Assembly: GCA_036785375.1 (NCBI GenBank)
Contig: JAWMAR010000478.1
Coordinates: forward strand, 930,001-994,000
Direction of reading: 5' to 3'
From: Leucoraja ocellata
Taxonomy: Eukaryota
DNA length: 64,000 bases
Of this stretch, positions 26,301 to 41,300 are shown piece by piece (position 1 is the stretch's first letter; each line of letters begins with the position of its first letter). The notes under the pieces were generated by a model. It saw only the letters and a list, made by a program, of their open reading frames with translations. It was not told the origin of the DNA and made no database searches. The position numbers and the translations under genes are program-made.

Positions 26301-29300
26301 GAGTTGAGTTGAGTTGAGTGCCATTGAGTGCAGTGCTGTTGAGGTGAGTGCGGTTGAGGTGATATCGGTTAACGTTATACTTGAGTTCAGTACAGTTGTG
26401 TTGAGGTAAATGCAGCTGGGTCTGAGATGAGTTGAGTGGAGTGGAGTTTATTGCATTTGCGTTGAGTAGGTACTGTTGAGTTTAATGTAGATCAGTTGAA
26501 TATAATGCATTTGACTTTAGTTTAGTATAGTGAAGCGGAGTTGAGTGCAGTTGTGTTGATGTCAGTGCAGCTTCTCTGAGTTGAATTTAGTGCAGTTGAT
26601 TTGGTGCAGTTGAGTTGGGTTAAGAGTAGTTTTGTAGATGTTCGTGCAGTTGAGGAGATGTGTTTAGTGAAGCTGCATTGCGTATGGCGCATCTGAGTTG
26701 AGTTAAGTGCAGGTGAGTTGAATTGTGTTTACTCCAGTTGAGTTGTGGTGAATAGTGTTGAGTTGCGTTGAGATGAGTGCAGTTGAGTTGATGTTTATTT
26801 AGTTGAGTGAATTTCGGTTTAGATTGGTTTAGATATGTTTTCTAACCTGTAGATCGTACCCATCACTCTGCGATAATAATGGTCAATATCTTCTGTGCTC
26901 TTTCTAAAACCACCATATGCTTCTTGGTTTGGGGTGAACATAACTGAACAAAATACACCCTAACCTAATTGCTGTAAGCTTGCAGCATGCCTTCCCTGAC
27001 TTCAGGGTGTATTTTTAGGTTGTGATGGTTTGGGCACGATCCTATAACTTGTCATCGCATACTTTTTTCTCCACAGGTATTGGTAGACTCCTAGATTCCT
27101 TAGCTACAAAATAAACTGTATGCGACTGATTTAGTGCTTATTTCTGAATTTGTCATCAAATATTACTCACGCCAGTCTGTTTCTCCAACAGGAGGGTCAA
27201 GTGGATACAATAAGAACAGAGGCTCTGGTAAATATAATGTAGTTTAATATGTTCTTCATTTAATCCACAAAACAATGATGGACAGGTGACAGTCAATGTT
27301 AGAATACCGCAGAAGGCTAAAGGACCAGGGTTAATGTTCCATGTCGACAACATGCCGGTGGTGACCCCGTCAATGATAGGAGCAGAAATCCCTCACAGTT
27401 GGCTTTACAAGGAGGGAAAAGGTAATGAATGAAGCAGGAATCAACACGGCAGATGTTGTCGAATTGAGTTCAGTGCAGTTAAGTTGGATTTAGATGAGTC
27501 GTGCAGTTGAGATGAGTTGAGGTTGGTCTAATTGAGTTGAATATAATACAGTTGAGTTCATGCAGTTGAGTTAAGTAGGTTGGTGCAGTTGTGTTTCGTG
27601 CAGTCGTCTTGAGTTTAGTGCTGTTGAGTTGATGTTAATGCTGTTGAGTTGAAAGGTTCAAAGGTTGTTTATAGGTCACATACACCATAGGTGTAGTGAA
27701 ATGCTTGTTGCCAATGCAGCACGTAAAGAAAAAAACAGACATAACAATAATAAAGAGATTTAAACATAAAAAACATCTCCCCACAATGGTTCCCATTATG
27801 AGGGAAGGCACAATATTCAGTCCCCATCCCATTCCCACCCATTGTCGATCCTATTGAGGCTGCACTTCGCCTTTATGGGGGCCCGATGCAGTTCAGTGTA
27901 GTTTAAGGCAGTTGTGTTGATGTTAGTCTTGCATCCTGCCTTCCTTGACTTCCAGGTGTATTTTTAGGTTGTGAAGGTTTGGGCCCGATCCGATAACATG
28001 TCATCACATACATTGTTCTCCACAGGTATTGGTAGACCCCAAGATTCCTTAGCTACAAAATAAACTGTATACGACAGCTTTATTGTTTATTTCTGAATTT
28101 GTCATCAAATATTACTCACGCCAGTCTGTTTCTCCCACAGGAAGGTCAAGTGGATACAATATCGGAGGCTACGGTAAATATATTATAGTTTAATATATTA
28201 TTCACTTAATCTACAAAGCACTGATAGACAGGTGACAGTCAATGTTAGAATACCGCAGAACGCTAAAACACCAGGGTTAATGTTCCATGTTGATGATCTG
28301 CCGGTGGTGACCCCGTCAGTGAGAGGACCAGAATTCCCTCACGGCTGGCTTTACAAGGAGGGAAAAGGCAGTGAATGAAGCAGGAATCCCAGGGATCAAC
28401 ACGATGGATGTTGTTGAGTTGAGTTCAGTGCAGTTACGTTGAATTTAGATGATTTGTGCAGTTGAGATGAGTTGAGGTTGGTCTATTTGAGTTGAATATA
28501 ATACAGTTGAGTTCATGCAGCTGAGTTGAGTAGGTTAGTGCAGTTGAGTTTCGAGCAGTTGAGTTGGTTTTCTTGCAGTTGAGCTGGGTTTAGTGCAGTT
28601 TAGGTCGGTTTAGTGCAGATGTCATTAGTTTAGTTGAATGTCGTTAAGGTGAGAAGTTTAGCTTGGTGCAGTTGAGTTGAGTTCGGTGTAATTGGGTTGC
28701 GTTGAATGCAGTTGTGGAGTTCAGTCACTGCGATGGAATTGGAATGCGGTTGTGTAATGTGATTGAGTGGAACGTAGTTAAATGTTGAGTTGTCCGGTAG
28801 GCGGCGCGACTCTCGTCAGCAGCGGCCTCTGCAGCCCGTCCACGTTTTTATTATTTTTGTCTATGTTTTTATGTAGTTTTTGTTATTTTTTGTTGGGGTG
28901 TGTGTGGGGGTGGGGGTGGGGGTGGGGAGGGAGGGAGGGAGGGGGTAACTTTTAAATCTCTCCCTGCACGGGAGACCCGACCTTTTCTTTGTCGGGTCTC
29001 CGTTGTCATTGGGGCTGCAACGTGGAGCGGCCTCCAACAGGAGGAGACCGGGGACTCTGGTGCCGACGACTCACCTCACCGTCGCGGGGCTGGCCGATTC
29101 CAGAGCGGGTGGAGCGGTGATGGAGCGCTGCTGCTGCTGCGGCCCGACCTCTGGAGATTCGGAGGTTGCAACTGCGGGTCTGGCGGACGGCAGCACCGGG
29201 AGCCCGCGGGTCCCTGGAGGGAGACCGCTTTTCAAGGGTCCTGCAACGGCGACTTCTCCCGCCCGAGTTGCGGGGTTGAAGAGCTCCTGGAGCGGGGCCT

Positions 29301-32300
29301 GACATCACCGCCCCGCGCGGCTTGGAATGGCCGCGGGACTCTGCGAGCGCACGCCGGGGGCTCTAACACCAAGACCCGGTGTTCGACCTTGCACCACCCG
29401 GCGTGGCTTTAATGGCCGCGGGACAATCGCCATCGCCAGCCGGGGGCTTTGACTTTGACTCTGACATCGGGGGGGAGAGTGCAGTGGAGAGAAGTTTTTT
29501 TGGCCTTCCATCACAACGATGTGATGGATGTTTATATAAATTATGTTGTGTCTTGGGTCTATTTGTTTGTAATGTATGGCTGCAGAAACGGCATTTCGTT
29601 TGGACCTCAAGGGGTCCAAATGACAATTAAATTGAATCTTGAATCTTGAAATGCAGTTGTGATGAGTTTATTGCTGGAGTTCACTGCAGTTGAGTTTAAT
29701 GCTGTTGGGTTAATGTTAATGCTGTTGAGTTGAAAGGTTCAAAGGTTAATTATAGGTCACATACACCATAGGTGTAGTTAAATGCTTGTTGCCAATGCAG
29801 CACATAAAAAAAATACAGACATAACAATAATAACGAGATTTAAACATAAAAAACATCTCCCTACAATGGTTCCCATTGTGAGGGAAGGCACAATGTCCAG
29901 TCCCCATCCCATGTCCACCCACAATCGGGCCCGTTGAGGCCTCCGCAGTCGCCTTTATGGAGGCCCGATGCAGTTGAGTGTAGTTTAAGGCAGTTGTGTT
30001 GAAGTGTTGATGTTAGATTTGCTACCTGTCTTCAGGTGTATTTTTAGGTTGTGAAGGTTTGGGCCCGATCCGATAACTTGACATCGCATACATTTTTCTC
30101 CACGGGTACTGATAGACTCCAAGATTCCTTAGCTACAAAATAAATTGTATACGACTTCTTCAATGTTTATTTCTGAATTCGTTATCAAATATTACTCACG
30201 CCAGTCTGTTTCTCCCACAGGAGGGTCAAGTGGATACGATAACGGTGGCTATGGTAAATATATTATAGCTTAATACATTCTTCACTTAATCCAGAAAACA
30301 ATGATGGGCAGGTGACAGTCAATGTTAGAATACCGCAGAAGGCTAAAGGACCAGGGTTAATGTTCCATGTCAACAACCTGCCAGTGGTGACCCCATCAGT
30401 GAGAGGAGCAGAATTCCCTCACGGTTGGCTTTACAAGGAGGGAAAAGGTAGTGAATGAAGCGGGAATCCTAGGGATCAACACGGCTGATGTTGTTGTGAT
30501 GAGTTGAGCTTAGGTCAGTTGAGTTGAATTTAGCTGAGTTTAGTACAGTTGAGTTAAATCCAATTGAGTTGAGTTGGATTTATGTAGTTACGTTCATGCA
30601 GCTGAGTTGAGCTTAGCGCAGTTGTGTTGAATGCAATTGGGTTGAGTTTAGTGGAGTTGATTTGAGTAAAGAAGTTGAGTTGAGTTCATGTTGAGTTTTT
30701 AGTGCAGTTGAGTTTAGTGCAGTTGAGTAGCCTTGAGATTCGTGCAGTTGAGTTTAATACAGTTGAATTGGTTGCAATTTAGTTGATTTGTTTATTGAAG
30801 TTGAGTGTACTGCAGTTGAGTTGCAATGGTTTAAGTGCAGTTGAGTTGGGTTTAGTGCAGTTGATTTTAGTATGGTGCACTTGAGTCAAGCTCAATGCAG
30901 TTGAGTGTAGTTTAAGGCAGTTGTGTTGAAGTGTTGATGTTAGTTTTGCAACCTGCCTTCCCTGACTTCCAGGTGTATTTTTAATTTGTGAAGGTTTGGG
31001 CCCGATCCGATAACTTGGCATCGCATACATTTTTCTCTAGAGGTACTGGTAGACTCCAAGATTCCTTAGCTACAAAATAAACTGTATACGACTGCTTTAA
31101 TGTTTATTTCTGAAATTGTCATCAAATATTACTCACGGCAGTCTGTTTCTCCCACAGGAGGGTCAAGTGGATACGATAACGGAGGATACGGTAAATATAA
31201 TGTGGTTTGGTACATTCATCACTTAATCCACAAAACAATGATGGACAGGTGACAGTCAATGTTAGAATACCGCAGAAGACTAAAGGACCAGGGTTAATGT
31301 TCCATGTCGATGACCTGCCGGTGGTGACCCCGTCAGTGAGAGGAACAGATTTCCCTCACGGTTGGCTTTACAAGGAGGGAAAAGGTAGTGAATGAAGCAG
31401 GAATCCCAGAGATCAACATGACTGATGTTGTTGAATTGAGTTCAGTGCAGTTGTTGAATTTAGATGATTTGTGCAGCTGAGATGAGTTGAGGTTGGTCTA
31501 ATTGAGTTGAATATAATACAGTTGAGTTCATGCAGCTGAGTTGAGTAGGTTAGTGCAGTTGAGTTTCATGCAGTCGTCTTGAGTTTCAAGCAGTTGAATT
31601 GGTTTTTGTGCAGTTGAGCTGGGTTTAGTGCAGTTTAGTTCGGTTTAGTGCAGTTATCGTTAGTTTAGTTGAATGTTGTTAAGGTGAGTTAAGTTTAGCT
31701 TAGTGCAGTTGAGTTTGGTGTAGTTGAGTGCAGTTGTAGAGTTGAGTTTAGTGCAGATGCGTTGAATTAAGTGCAGTCGAATTAAGTGCAGTTGAGTTGC
31801 TTTTAATGCAGTTGGGTTGAGTTGAATGCAGATAAGTTGTGTTCAGGTAAATGCAGTTGAGTTGAGTGGAGTTAAGTTTTGTGCAGTTGATTTGTGTTGA
31901 GTTTAGTGCAGTTGGGTTTATTCCACTTGTGGCGAGTTAAGTGCTGTTGATGTTGTTGATATAGTTCAGTTGAATATAATGGAGTTGAGTTGTTGAGTTT
32001 GAGTTGAGTTGAGTGCAGTGCAGTTGAGGTGAGTGCGGTTGAGGTGATAGCAGTTAACGTTATACTTGAGTTCAGTACAGTTGTGTTGAGGTAAATGCAG
32101 TTGGGATGAGATGAGTGGAGTGGAGTTTATTGCATTTGCGTTGAGTAGGTACTGTTGAGTTTAATGTAGATCAATTGAATGTAATGCATTTGACTTTAGT
32201 TTAGTATAGTGAAGCGGAGTTGAGTGCAGTTGTGTTGATGTCAGTGCAGCTTCTCTGAGTTGAATTTAGTGCAGTTGATTTGGTGCAGTTGAGTTGGGTT

Positions 32301-35300
32301 AAGAGTAGTTTTGTAAATGTTCGTGCAGTTGAGGAGATGTGTTTAGTGAAGCTGCATTGCGTATGGCGCATCTGAGTTGAGTTAAGTGCAGGTGGGTTGA
32401 ATTGTGTTTACTCCAGTTGAGTTGTGGTGAATAGTGTTGAGTTGCGTTGAGATGAGTGCAGTTGAGTTGATGTTTATTTTGTTTAGTGAATTTTGGTTTA
32501 GATTGGTTTAGATATGTTTTCTAAGCTGTAGATCGTACCCATCACTCTGGTGTAATAATGGTCAATATCTTCTGTGCTCTTTCTAAAACCACCATATACT
32601 TCTTGGTTTGGGGTGAACATAACTGAACAAAATACACCCTAACCTAATTGCTGTAAGCTTGCAGCATGCCTTCCCTGACTTCAGGGTGTATTTTTAGGTT
32701 GTGATGGTTTGGGCACGATCCTATAACTTGTCATCGCATACTTTTTTCTCCACAAGTAATGGTAGAATCCACATTCCTTAGCTACAAAATAAACTGTATG
32801 CGACTGATTTAGTGCTCATTTCTGAATTTGTCATCAAATATTACTCACGCCAGTCTGTTTCTCCAACAGGAGGTTCAAGTGGATACAATAAGAACAGAGG
32901 CTCTGGTAAATATAATGTAGTTTAATATGTTCTTCATTTAATCCACAAAACAATGATGGACAGGTGACAGCCAATGTTAGAATACCGCAGAAGGCTAAAG
33001 GACCAAGGTTGGTCCTCCGACAACATGCCGGTGGTGACCCGTCAATGATAGGAGCAGAAATCCCTCACAGTTGGCTTTACAAGGAGGGAAATGGTAATGA
33101 ATGAAACAGGAATCAACACGGCCGATGTTGTCGAATTGAGTTCAGTGCAGTTAAGTTGGATTTAGATGAGTCGTGCAGTTGAGATGAGTTGAGGTTGGTC
33201 TAATTGAGTTGAATATAATACAGTTGAGTTCATGCAGTTGAGTTAAGTAGGTTGGTGCAGTTGTGTTTCGTGCAGTCGTCTTGAGTTTAGTGCTGTTGAG
33301 TTGATGTTAATGCTGTTGAGTTGAAAGGTTCAAAGGTTGTTTATAGGTCACATACACCATAGGTGTAGTGAAATGCTTGTTGCCAATGCAGCACATAATG
33401 AAAAAAACAGACATAACAATAATAAAGAGATTTAAACATAAAAAACATCTCCCCACAATGGTTCCCATTATGAGGGAAGGCACAATATTCAGTCCCCATC
33501 CCATTCCCACCCATTGTCGATCCTATTGAGGCTCCACTTCGCCTTTATGGAGGCCCGATGCAGTTCAGTGTAGTTTAAGGCAGTTGTATTGATGTTAGTC
33601 TTGCATCCTGCCTTCCTTGACTTCCAGGTGTATTTTTAGGTTGTGAAGGTTTGGGCCCGATCCGATAACATGTCATCACATACATTGTTCTCCACAGATA
33701 TTGGTAGACTCCAAGATTACTTAGCTACAAAATAAACTGTATACGACTGCTTTAATGTTTATTTCTGAATTTGTCATCAAATATTACTCACGCCAGTCTG
33801 TTTCTCCCACAGGAGGGTCAAGTGGATACGATAACGGAGGCTACGGTAAATATATTATAATTTAATATATTATTCACTTAATCCACAAAGCACTGATAGA
33901 CAGGTGACAGTCAATGTTAGAATACCGCAGAACGCTGAAACACCAGGGTTAATGTTCCATGTTGACGATCTGCGGGTGGTGACCCCGTCAGTGAGAGGAG
34001 CAGAATTCCCTCACGGTTGGCTTTACAAGGAGGGAAAAGGCAGTGAATGAAGCGGGAATCCCAGGGATCAACACGGCTGATGTTGTTGTGATGAGTTGAG
34101 CTTAGGTCAGTTGAGTTGAATATAGCTGAGTTTAGTACAGTTGAGTTAAATCCAATTGAGTTGAGTTGGATTTATGTAGTTACGTTCATGCAGCTGAGTT
34201 GAGCTTAGCGCAGTTGTGTTGAATGCAATTGGGTTGAGTTTAGTGGAGTTGATTTGAGTAAAGAAGTTGAGTTGAGTTCATGTTGAGTTTTTAGTGCAGT
34301 TGAGTTTAGTGCAGTTGAGTAGCCTTGAGATTCGTGCAGTTGAGTTTAATACAGTTGAATTGGTTGCAATTTAGTTGATTTGTTTATTGAAGTTGAGTGT
34401 ACTGCAGTTGAGTTGCAATGGTTTATATGCAGTTGAGTTGGGTTTAGTGCAGTTGATTTTAGTATGGTGCACTTGGGTCAAGCTCAATGCAGTTGAGTGC
34501 AGTTTAAGGTAGTTGTGTTGAAGTTAGTTTTGCAACTTGCCTTCCCTGACTTCCAGGTGTATTTTTAGTTTGTGAAGGTTTGGGCCCGATCTGATAACTT
34601 GTCATCGCATACATTGTTCTCCACAAGTACTAGTAGACTCCAAGATTCCTTAGCTATAAAATAAACTGTATACGACTGCTTTAATGTTTATTTCTGAATT
34701 TGTCATCAAATATTACTCACGCCAGTCTGTTTCTACCACAGGAGGGTCAAGTGGATATGATAACGGAGGCTACGGTAAATATATTATAGTTTAATATATT
34801 ATTCACTTAATCCACAAAGCACTGATAGACAGGTGACAGTCAATGTTAGAATACCGCAGAACGCTAAAACACCAGGGTTATTGTTCCATGTTGATGATCT
34901 GCTGGTGGTGACCCCGTCAGTGAGAGGAGCAGAATTCCCTCACGGTTGGCTTTACAAGGAAAGAAAAGGTAGTGAATGATGCGGGTTTAGTGCAGTTTAG
35001 TTCGGTTAAGTGCAGATGTTCTTAGGTTTAGTTGAATGTAGTTAAGGTGAGTTATGTTTAGCTTAGTGCAGTTGAGTTGAGTTTGGTGTAATTGGGTTGC
35101 GTTGAATGCAGTTGTGGAGTTCAGTCGCTGCGATGGAGTGGAATGCGGTTGTGTACTGTGATTGAGTGGAACGTAGTTAAATGATGTTGTTGTGATGAGT
35201 TGAGCTTAGGTCAGTTGAGTTGAATATAGCTGAGTTTAGTACAGTTGAGTTAAGTCCAATTGAGTTGAGTTGGATTTACGTAGTTACGTTCATGCAGCTG

Positions 35301-38300
35301 AGTTGAGCTTAGCGCAGTTGTGTTGAATGCAAATGGGTTCAGTTTAGTGGATTTGATTTGTGTAAAGAGAGTTGAGTTGAGTTCATGTTGAGTTTTTAGT
35401 GCAGTTGTGTTGAATGCAAATGGTTGAGGTTAGTGCAGTTGAGTTTTTTGTGCAGTTAAGTTCATTGAGATTCGTGCAGTTGAGTTTAATACATTTGAAT
35501 TAGTTGCAATTAGATTTAATTGCAGTATAATGTGGATAAATGTGAGGTTATCCATTTTGGTGGCAAAAACGGGAAAGCAGACTATTATCTAAATGGTGGC
35601 CGATTGGGAAACGGGGAGATGCAGCGAGACCTGGGTGTCATGGTACACCAGTCATTGAAGGTAGGCATGCAGGTGCAGCAGGCAGTAAAGAAAGCAAATG
35701 GTATGTTAGCTTTCATTGCAAAAGTATTTGAGTATAGGAGCAGGGAGGTTCTACTGCAGTTGTACAGGGTCTTGGTGAGACCACACCTGGAGTATTGCGT
35801 ACAGTTTTGGTCTCCAAATCTGAGGCAGGACATTATTGCCATAGAGGGAGTGCAGAGAAGGTTCACCAGACTGATTCCTGGGATGTCAGGACTGTCTTAT
35901 GAAGAAAGACTGGATAGACTTGGTTTATACTCTCTAGAATTTAGGAGATTGAGAGGGGATCTAATAGAAACTTACAAAATTCTTAAGGGGTTGGACAGGC
36001 TAGATGCAGGAAGATTGTTCCCGATGTTGGGGAAGTCCAGGACAAGGGGTCACAGCTTAAGGATAAGGGGGAAATCCTTTAAAACCGAGATGAGAAGAAC
36101 TTTTTTTCACACAGAGAGTGGTGAATCTCTGGAACTCTCTGCCACAGAGGGTAGTTGAGGCCAGTTCATTGGCTATATTTAAGAGGGAGTTAGATGTGGC
36201 CCTTGTGGCTAAGGGGATCAGAGGGTATGGAGAGAAGGCAGGTAGGGGATACTGAGTTGGATGATCAGCCATGATCATATTGAATTGCAGTGCAGGCTCA
36301 AAGGGCCGAATGGCCTACTCCTGCACCTAATTTCTATGTTTCTATGTTTATTGCCGTTGAGTTGCAATGGTTTAAGTGCAGTTGAGTTGGGTTTAGTGCA
36401 GTTGATTTTAGTATAGTGCACTTGAGTCAAGCTCAATGCAGTTTAGTGTAGTCTAATGCAGTTGTGTTGAAGTGTTGATGTTAGTTTTGCAACCTGCCTT
36501 CGCTGTCTTCCAGGTGTATTTTTAGGTTGTGCAGGTTTGGGCCCATTCCGATAACTTGTCATTGCATACATTTTTCTCCACAGGTACTGGTAGACTCCAA
36601 GATTGCTTAGCTACAAAATAAACTGTATACGATTGCATTAATGTTTATTTCTGAATTCGTCATCAAATTTTACTCACGCCAGTCTGTTTCTCCCACAGGA
36701 GGGTCAAGTGGATACGATAACGGAGGCTACGGTAAATATATTATTGTTTAATATATTCTTCACTTAATCCACAAAACAATGATGGACAGGTGACAGTCAA
36801 TGTTAGAATACCGCAGAAGGCTAAAAGACCAGGTTAATGTTCCATGTCGACGACCTGCCGGTGGTGACCCCATCAGTGAGAGGAGCAGAATTCCCTCACG
36901 GTTGGCTTTACAAGGAGGGAAAAGATAGTGAATGAATCAGGAATCCCAGGGATCAACACGATGGATGTTGTTGAATTGAGTTCAGTGCAGTTAAGTTGAA
37001 TTTAGATGATTCGTGCAGTTGAGATGAGTTGAGGTTGGTCTAATTGAGTTGAATATAATACAGTTGAGTTCATGCAGCTGAGTTGAGTAGGTTAGTGCAG
37101 TTGAGTTTCGTGCAGTCGTCTTGAGTTTCGAGCTGTTGAATTGGTTTTTGTGCAGTTGAGCTGGGTTTAGTGCAGTTTAGTTCGGTTTAGTGCAGTTATC
37201 GTTAGTTTAGTTGAGTGTAGTTAAGGTGAGTTAAGTTTAGCTTAGTGCAGTTGAGTTTGGTGTAGTTGAGTGCAGTTGTAGAGTTGAGTTTAGTGCAGAT
37301 GCGTTGAATTAAGTGCAGTCGAATTAAGTGCAGTTGAGTTGCTTTTAATGCAGTTGGGTTGAGTTGAATGCAGATAAGTTGTGTTCAGGTAAATGCAGTT
37401 TAGTGGAGTGGAGTTCAGTTTTGTGCAGTTGAGTTTAGTGCAGTTGGGTTTACTCCACTTGAGGTGAGTTTAGTGCTGTTGATGTAGTTGATGTAGTTCA
37501 GTTGAATATAATGGAGTTGAGTTTGAGTTGAGTTTAGTGCCATTGAGTGTAATGCAGTTGAGGTGAGTGCGGTTGAGGGGTTAACGTTATACTTGAGTTC
37601 AGTACAGTTGTGTTGAGGTAAATGCAGCTGGGTTTGAGATGAGTTGAGTGGAGTGGAGTTTATTGCATTCGCGTTGAGTAGGTACTGTTGAGTTTAATGT
37701 TGATCAGTTGAATATAATGCATTTGACTTTAGTTTAGTATAGTGAAGCGGAGTTGAGTGCAGTTGTGTTGATGTCAGTGCAGCTTCTCCGAGTTGAATTT
37801 AGTGCAGTTGATTTGGTGCAGTTGAGTTGGGTTAAGAGTAGTTTTGTAGATGTTCGTGCAGTTGAGGAGATGTGTTTAGTGAAGCTGCATTGCGTACGGT
37901 GCATCTGAGTTGAGTTAAGTGCAGGTGAGTTGAATTGTGTTTACTGCAGTTGAGTTGTGGTGAATAGTGTTGAGTTGCGTTGAGAGGAGTGCAGTTGAGT
38001 TGATGTTTATTTAGTTTAGTGAATTTCGGTTTAGATTGGTTTAGATATGTTTTCTAACCAGTAGATCGTAGCCATCACTCTGGGATAATAATGGTCAATA
38101 TCTTCTGTGCTCTTTCTAAAACCACCATATACTTCTTGGTTTGGGGTGAACATAACTGAACAAAACACACTCTAACCTAATTGCTGTAAGCTTGCATCCT
38201 GCCTTCCCTGACTTCAGGGTGTATTTTAAGGTTGTGATGGTTTGGGTACAATCCGATAACTTGTCATTGCATACTTTTTTTCTCCACAGGTATTGGTAGA

Positions 38301-41300
38301 CTCCAAGATTCCTTAGCTACAAAATAAACTGTATGCGACTGATTTAATACTTATTTCTGAATTTGTCACCAAATATTACTCACGCCAGTCTGTTTCTCCA
38401 ACAGGAGGATCAAGTGGATACGATAATAACAGAGGCTACGGTAAATATAATGTAGTTTAATATATTCTTCACTTAATCCACCAAACAATGATGGACAGGT
38501 GACAGTCAATGTTAGAATACCGCAGAAGGCTAAAGGACCAAGGTTAATGTTCCATGTCGACAACATGCCGGTGGTGACCCCGTCAGTGAGAGGAGCAGAT
38601 TTCCCTCACAGTTGGCTTTACAAGGAGGGAAAAGGTAATGAATGAAGCAGGAATCCCAGGGATCAACACGGCCGATGTTGTTGAATTGAGTTCAGTGCAG
38701 TTAAGTTGGATTTAGATGAGTCGTGCAGTTGAGATGAGTTGAAGTTGGTCTAATTGAGTTGAATATAATACAGTTGAGTTCATGCAGTTGAGTTGGTTTT
38801 CCTGCAGTTGAGCTGGGTTTAGTGCAGTTTAGTGCGGTTTAGTGCGGTTGTCGTTAGTTTAATTGAATGTAGTTAAGGTTAGTTAAGTTTAGCTTATTGC
38901 GGCATGGTTGAGTTTGGTGTAATTGGGTTCCATTGAGTGAAGTTGTGGAGTTCAGTCACTGCGGTTGAGTGGAACGCGTTTGTAGAATGCCGTTGAGTGG
39001 AACGGAGTTGAGTGCAGTTGTGATGAGTTTATTGCTGGAGTTCACTGCAGTTGAGTTTAGTGCTGTTGAGTTGAAAGGTTCAAAGGTTATTTATAGGTCA
39101 CATACACCATAGGTGTAGTTAAATGCTTGTTGCCAATGCAGCACATAAAAACAAAATTACAGACATAACAATAATAACGAGATTTAAACATAAAAAACAT
39201 CTCCCCACAATGGTTCCCATTATGAGGGAAGGCACAATGTCCAGTCCCCATCCCATGTCCATCCACAATCGGGCCTGTTGAGGCCTCCGCAGTCGCCATT
39301 ATGGAGGCCCGATGCAGTTAAGTGTAGTTTAAGGCAGTTGTGTTGAAGTGTTGATGTTAGTTTTACTACCTGCCTTCCCTGACTTCCAGGTGTATTTTTA
39401 GGTTGTGAAGGTTTGGGCCCGATCCGATAACTTGTCATCGTATACATTTTTCTCCACGGGTACTGATAGACTCCAAGATTCCTTAGCTACAAAATAAACT
39501 GTATACGACTTCTTTAATGTTTATTTCTGAATTCATTATCAAATATTACTCACGGCAGTCTGTTTCCCCCACAGGAGGGTCAAGTGGATACGATAATGGA
39601 GGCTACGGTAAATATATTATAGTTTAATACATTCTTCACTTAATCCACAAAGCACTGATAGACAGGTGACAGTCAATGTTAGAATACCGCAGAAGGCTAA
39701 AGGACCAGGGTTAATGTTCCATGTCGACAACTTGCCGGTGGTGACCCCGTCAGTGAGAGGAGCAGAATTCCCTCACGGTTGGCTTTACAAGGAGGGAAAA
39801 GGTAGTGAATGAAGCAGGAATCACAGGGATCAACACGGCTGATGTTGTTGTGATGAGTTGAGCTTAGGTCAGTTGAGTTGAATATAGCTGAGTTTAGTGC
39901 AGTTGAGTTAAGTCCAATTGAGTTGAGTTGGATTTATGTGGTTTCATTCATGCAGCTGAGTTGAGCTTAGCGCAGTTGTGTTGAATGCAATTGGGTTGAG
40001 GTTGGTTGAGTTTAGTGGAGTTGATTTGAGTAAAGAGTTGAGTTGAGTTCATGTTGAGTTTTTAGTTCAGTTGAGTTGAGTTGAGTGCAGTTAAGTTGAG
40101 TTTAGTGCAGTTGAGTAGCCTTGGGATTCGTGCAGTTGAGTTTAATACAGTTGAATTAGTTGCAATTTAGTAGATTTGTTTATTGAAGTTGAGTGTACTG
40201 CAGTTGAGTTGCAATGGTTTATATGCAGTTGAGTTGGGTTTAGTGCAGTTGATTTTAGTATGGTGCACTTGAGTCAAGCTCAATGCAGTTGAGTGCAGTT
40301 TAAGGCAGTTGTGCTGATGTTAGTTTTACAACCTGACTTCCAGGTGTATTTTTAGTTTGTGAAGGTTTGGGCCCGATCTGATAACATGTCATCGCATACA
40401 TTTTTCTCTAAAGGTACTGGTAGACTCCAAGATTCCTTAGCTACAAAATAAACTGTATACGACTTCTTTAATGTTTATTTCTGAATTTGTCATCAAATAT
40501 TAGTCACGCCAGTCTGTTTCTCCCACAGGAGGGTCAAGTGGATACGATAACGGAGGCTACGGTAAATATATTATTGTTTAATATATTCTTCACTTAATCC
40601 ACAAAACAATGATGGACAGGTGACAGTCAATGTTAGAATACCGCAGAAGGCTAAAGGACCAGGGTTAATGTTCCATGTTGACGACCTGCCGGTGGTGACC
40701 CCGTCAGTGAGAGGAGCAGAATTCCCTCACGGTTGGCTTTACAAGGAGGGAAAAGATAGTGAATGAAGCGGGAATCCCAGGGATCAACATGATGGATGTT
40801 GTTGAATTGAGTTCAGTGCAGTTGTTGAATTTAGATGATTCGTGCAGTTGAGATGAGTTGAGGTTGGTCTAATTAAGTTCAATATAATACAGTTGAGTTC
40901 ATGCAGCTGAGTTGAGTATAATTATGAGGGAAGGTACAATGTCCAGTCCCCATCCCATGTCCACCCACAATCGGGCCCGTTGAGGCCTCCGCAGTCGCCT
41001 TTATAGAGGCCCGATGCAGTTGAGTGTAGTTTAAGGCAGTTGTGTTGGAATGTTGATGTTAGATTTTCTACCTGCCTTCAGGTGTATTTTTAGGTTGTGA
41101 AGGTTTGGGCCCGATCCGATAACTTGACATCGCATACATTTTTCTCCACGGGTACTGGTAGACTCCAAGATTCCTTACCTACAAAATAAACTGTATACGC
41201 CTTCTTTAATGTTTATTTCTGAATTCGTCATCAAATATTACTCACGCCAGTCTGTTTCTCCCACAGGAGGGTCAAGTGGATACGATAACGGAGGCTACGG

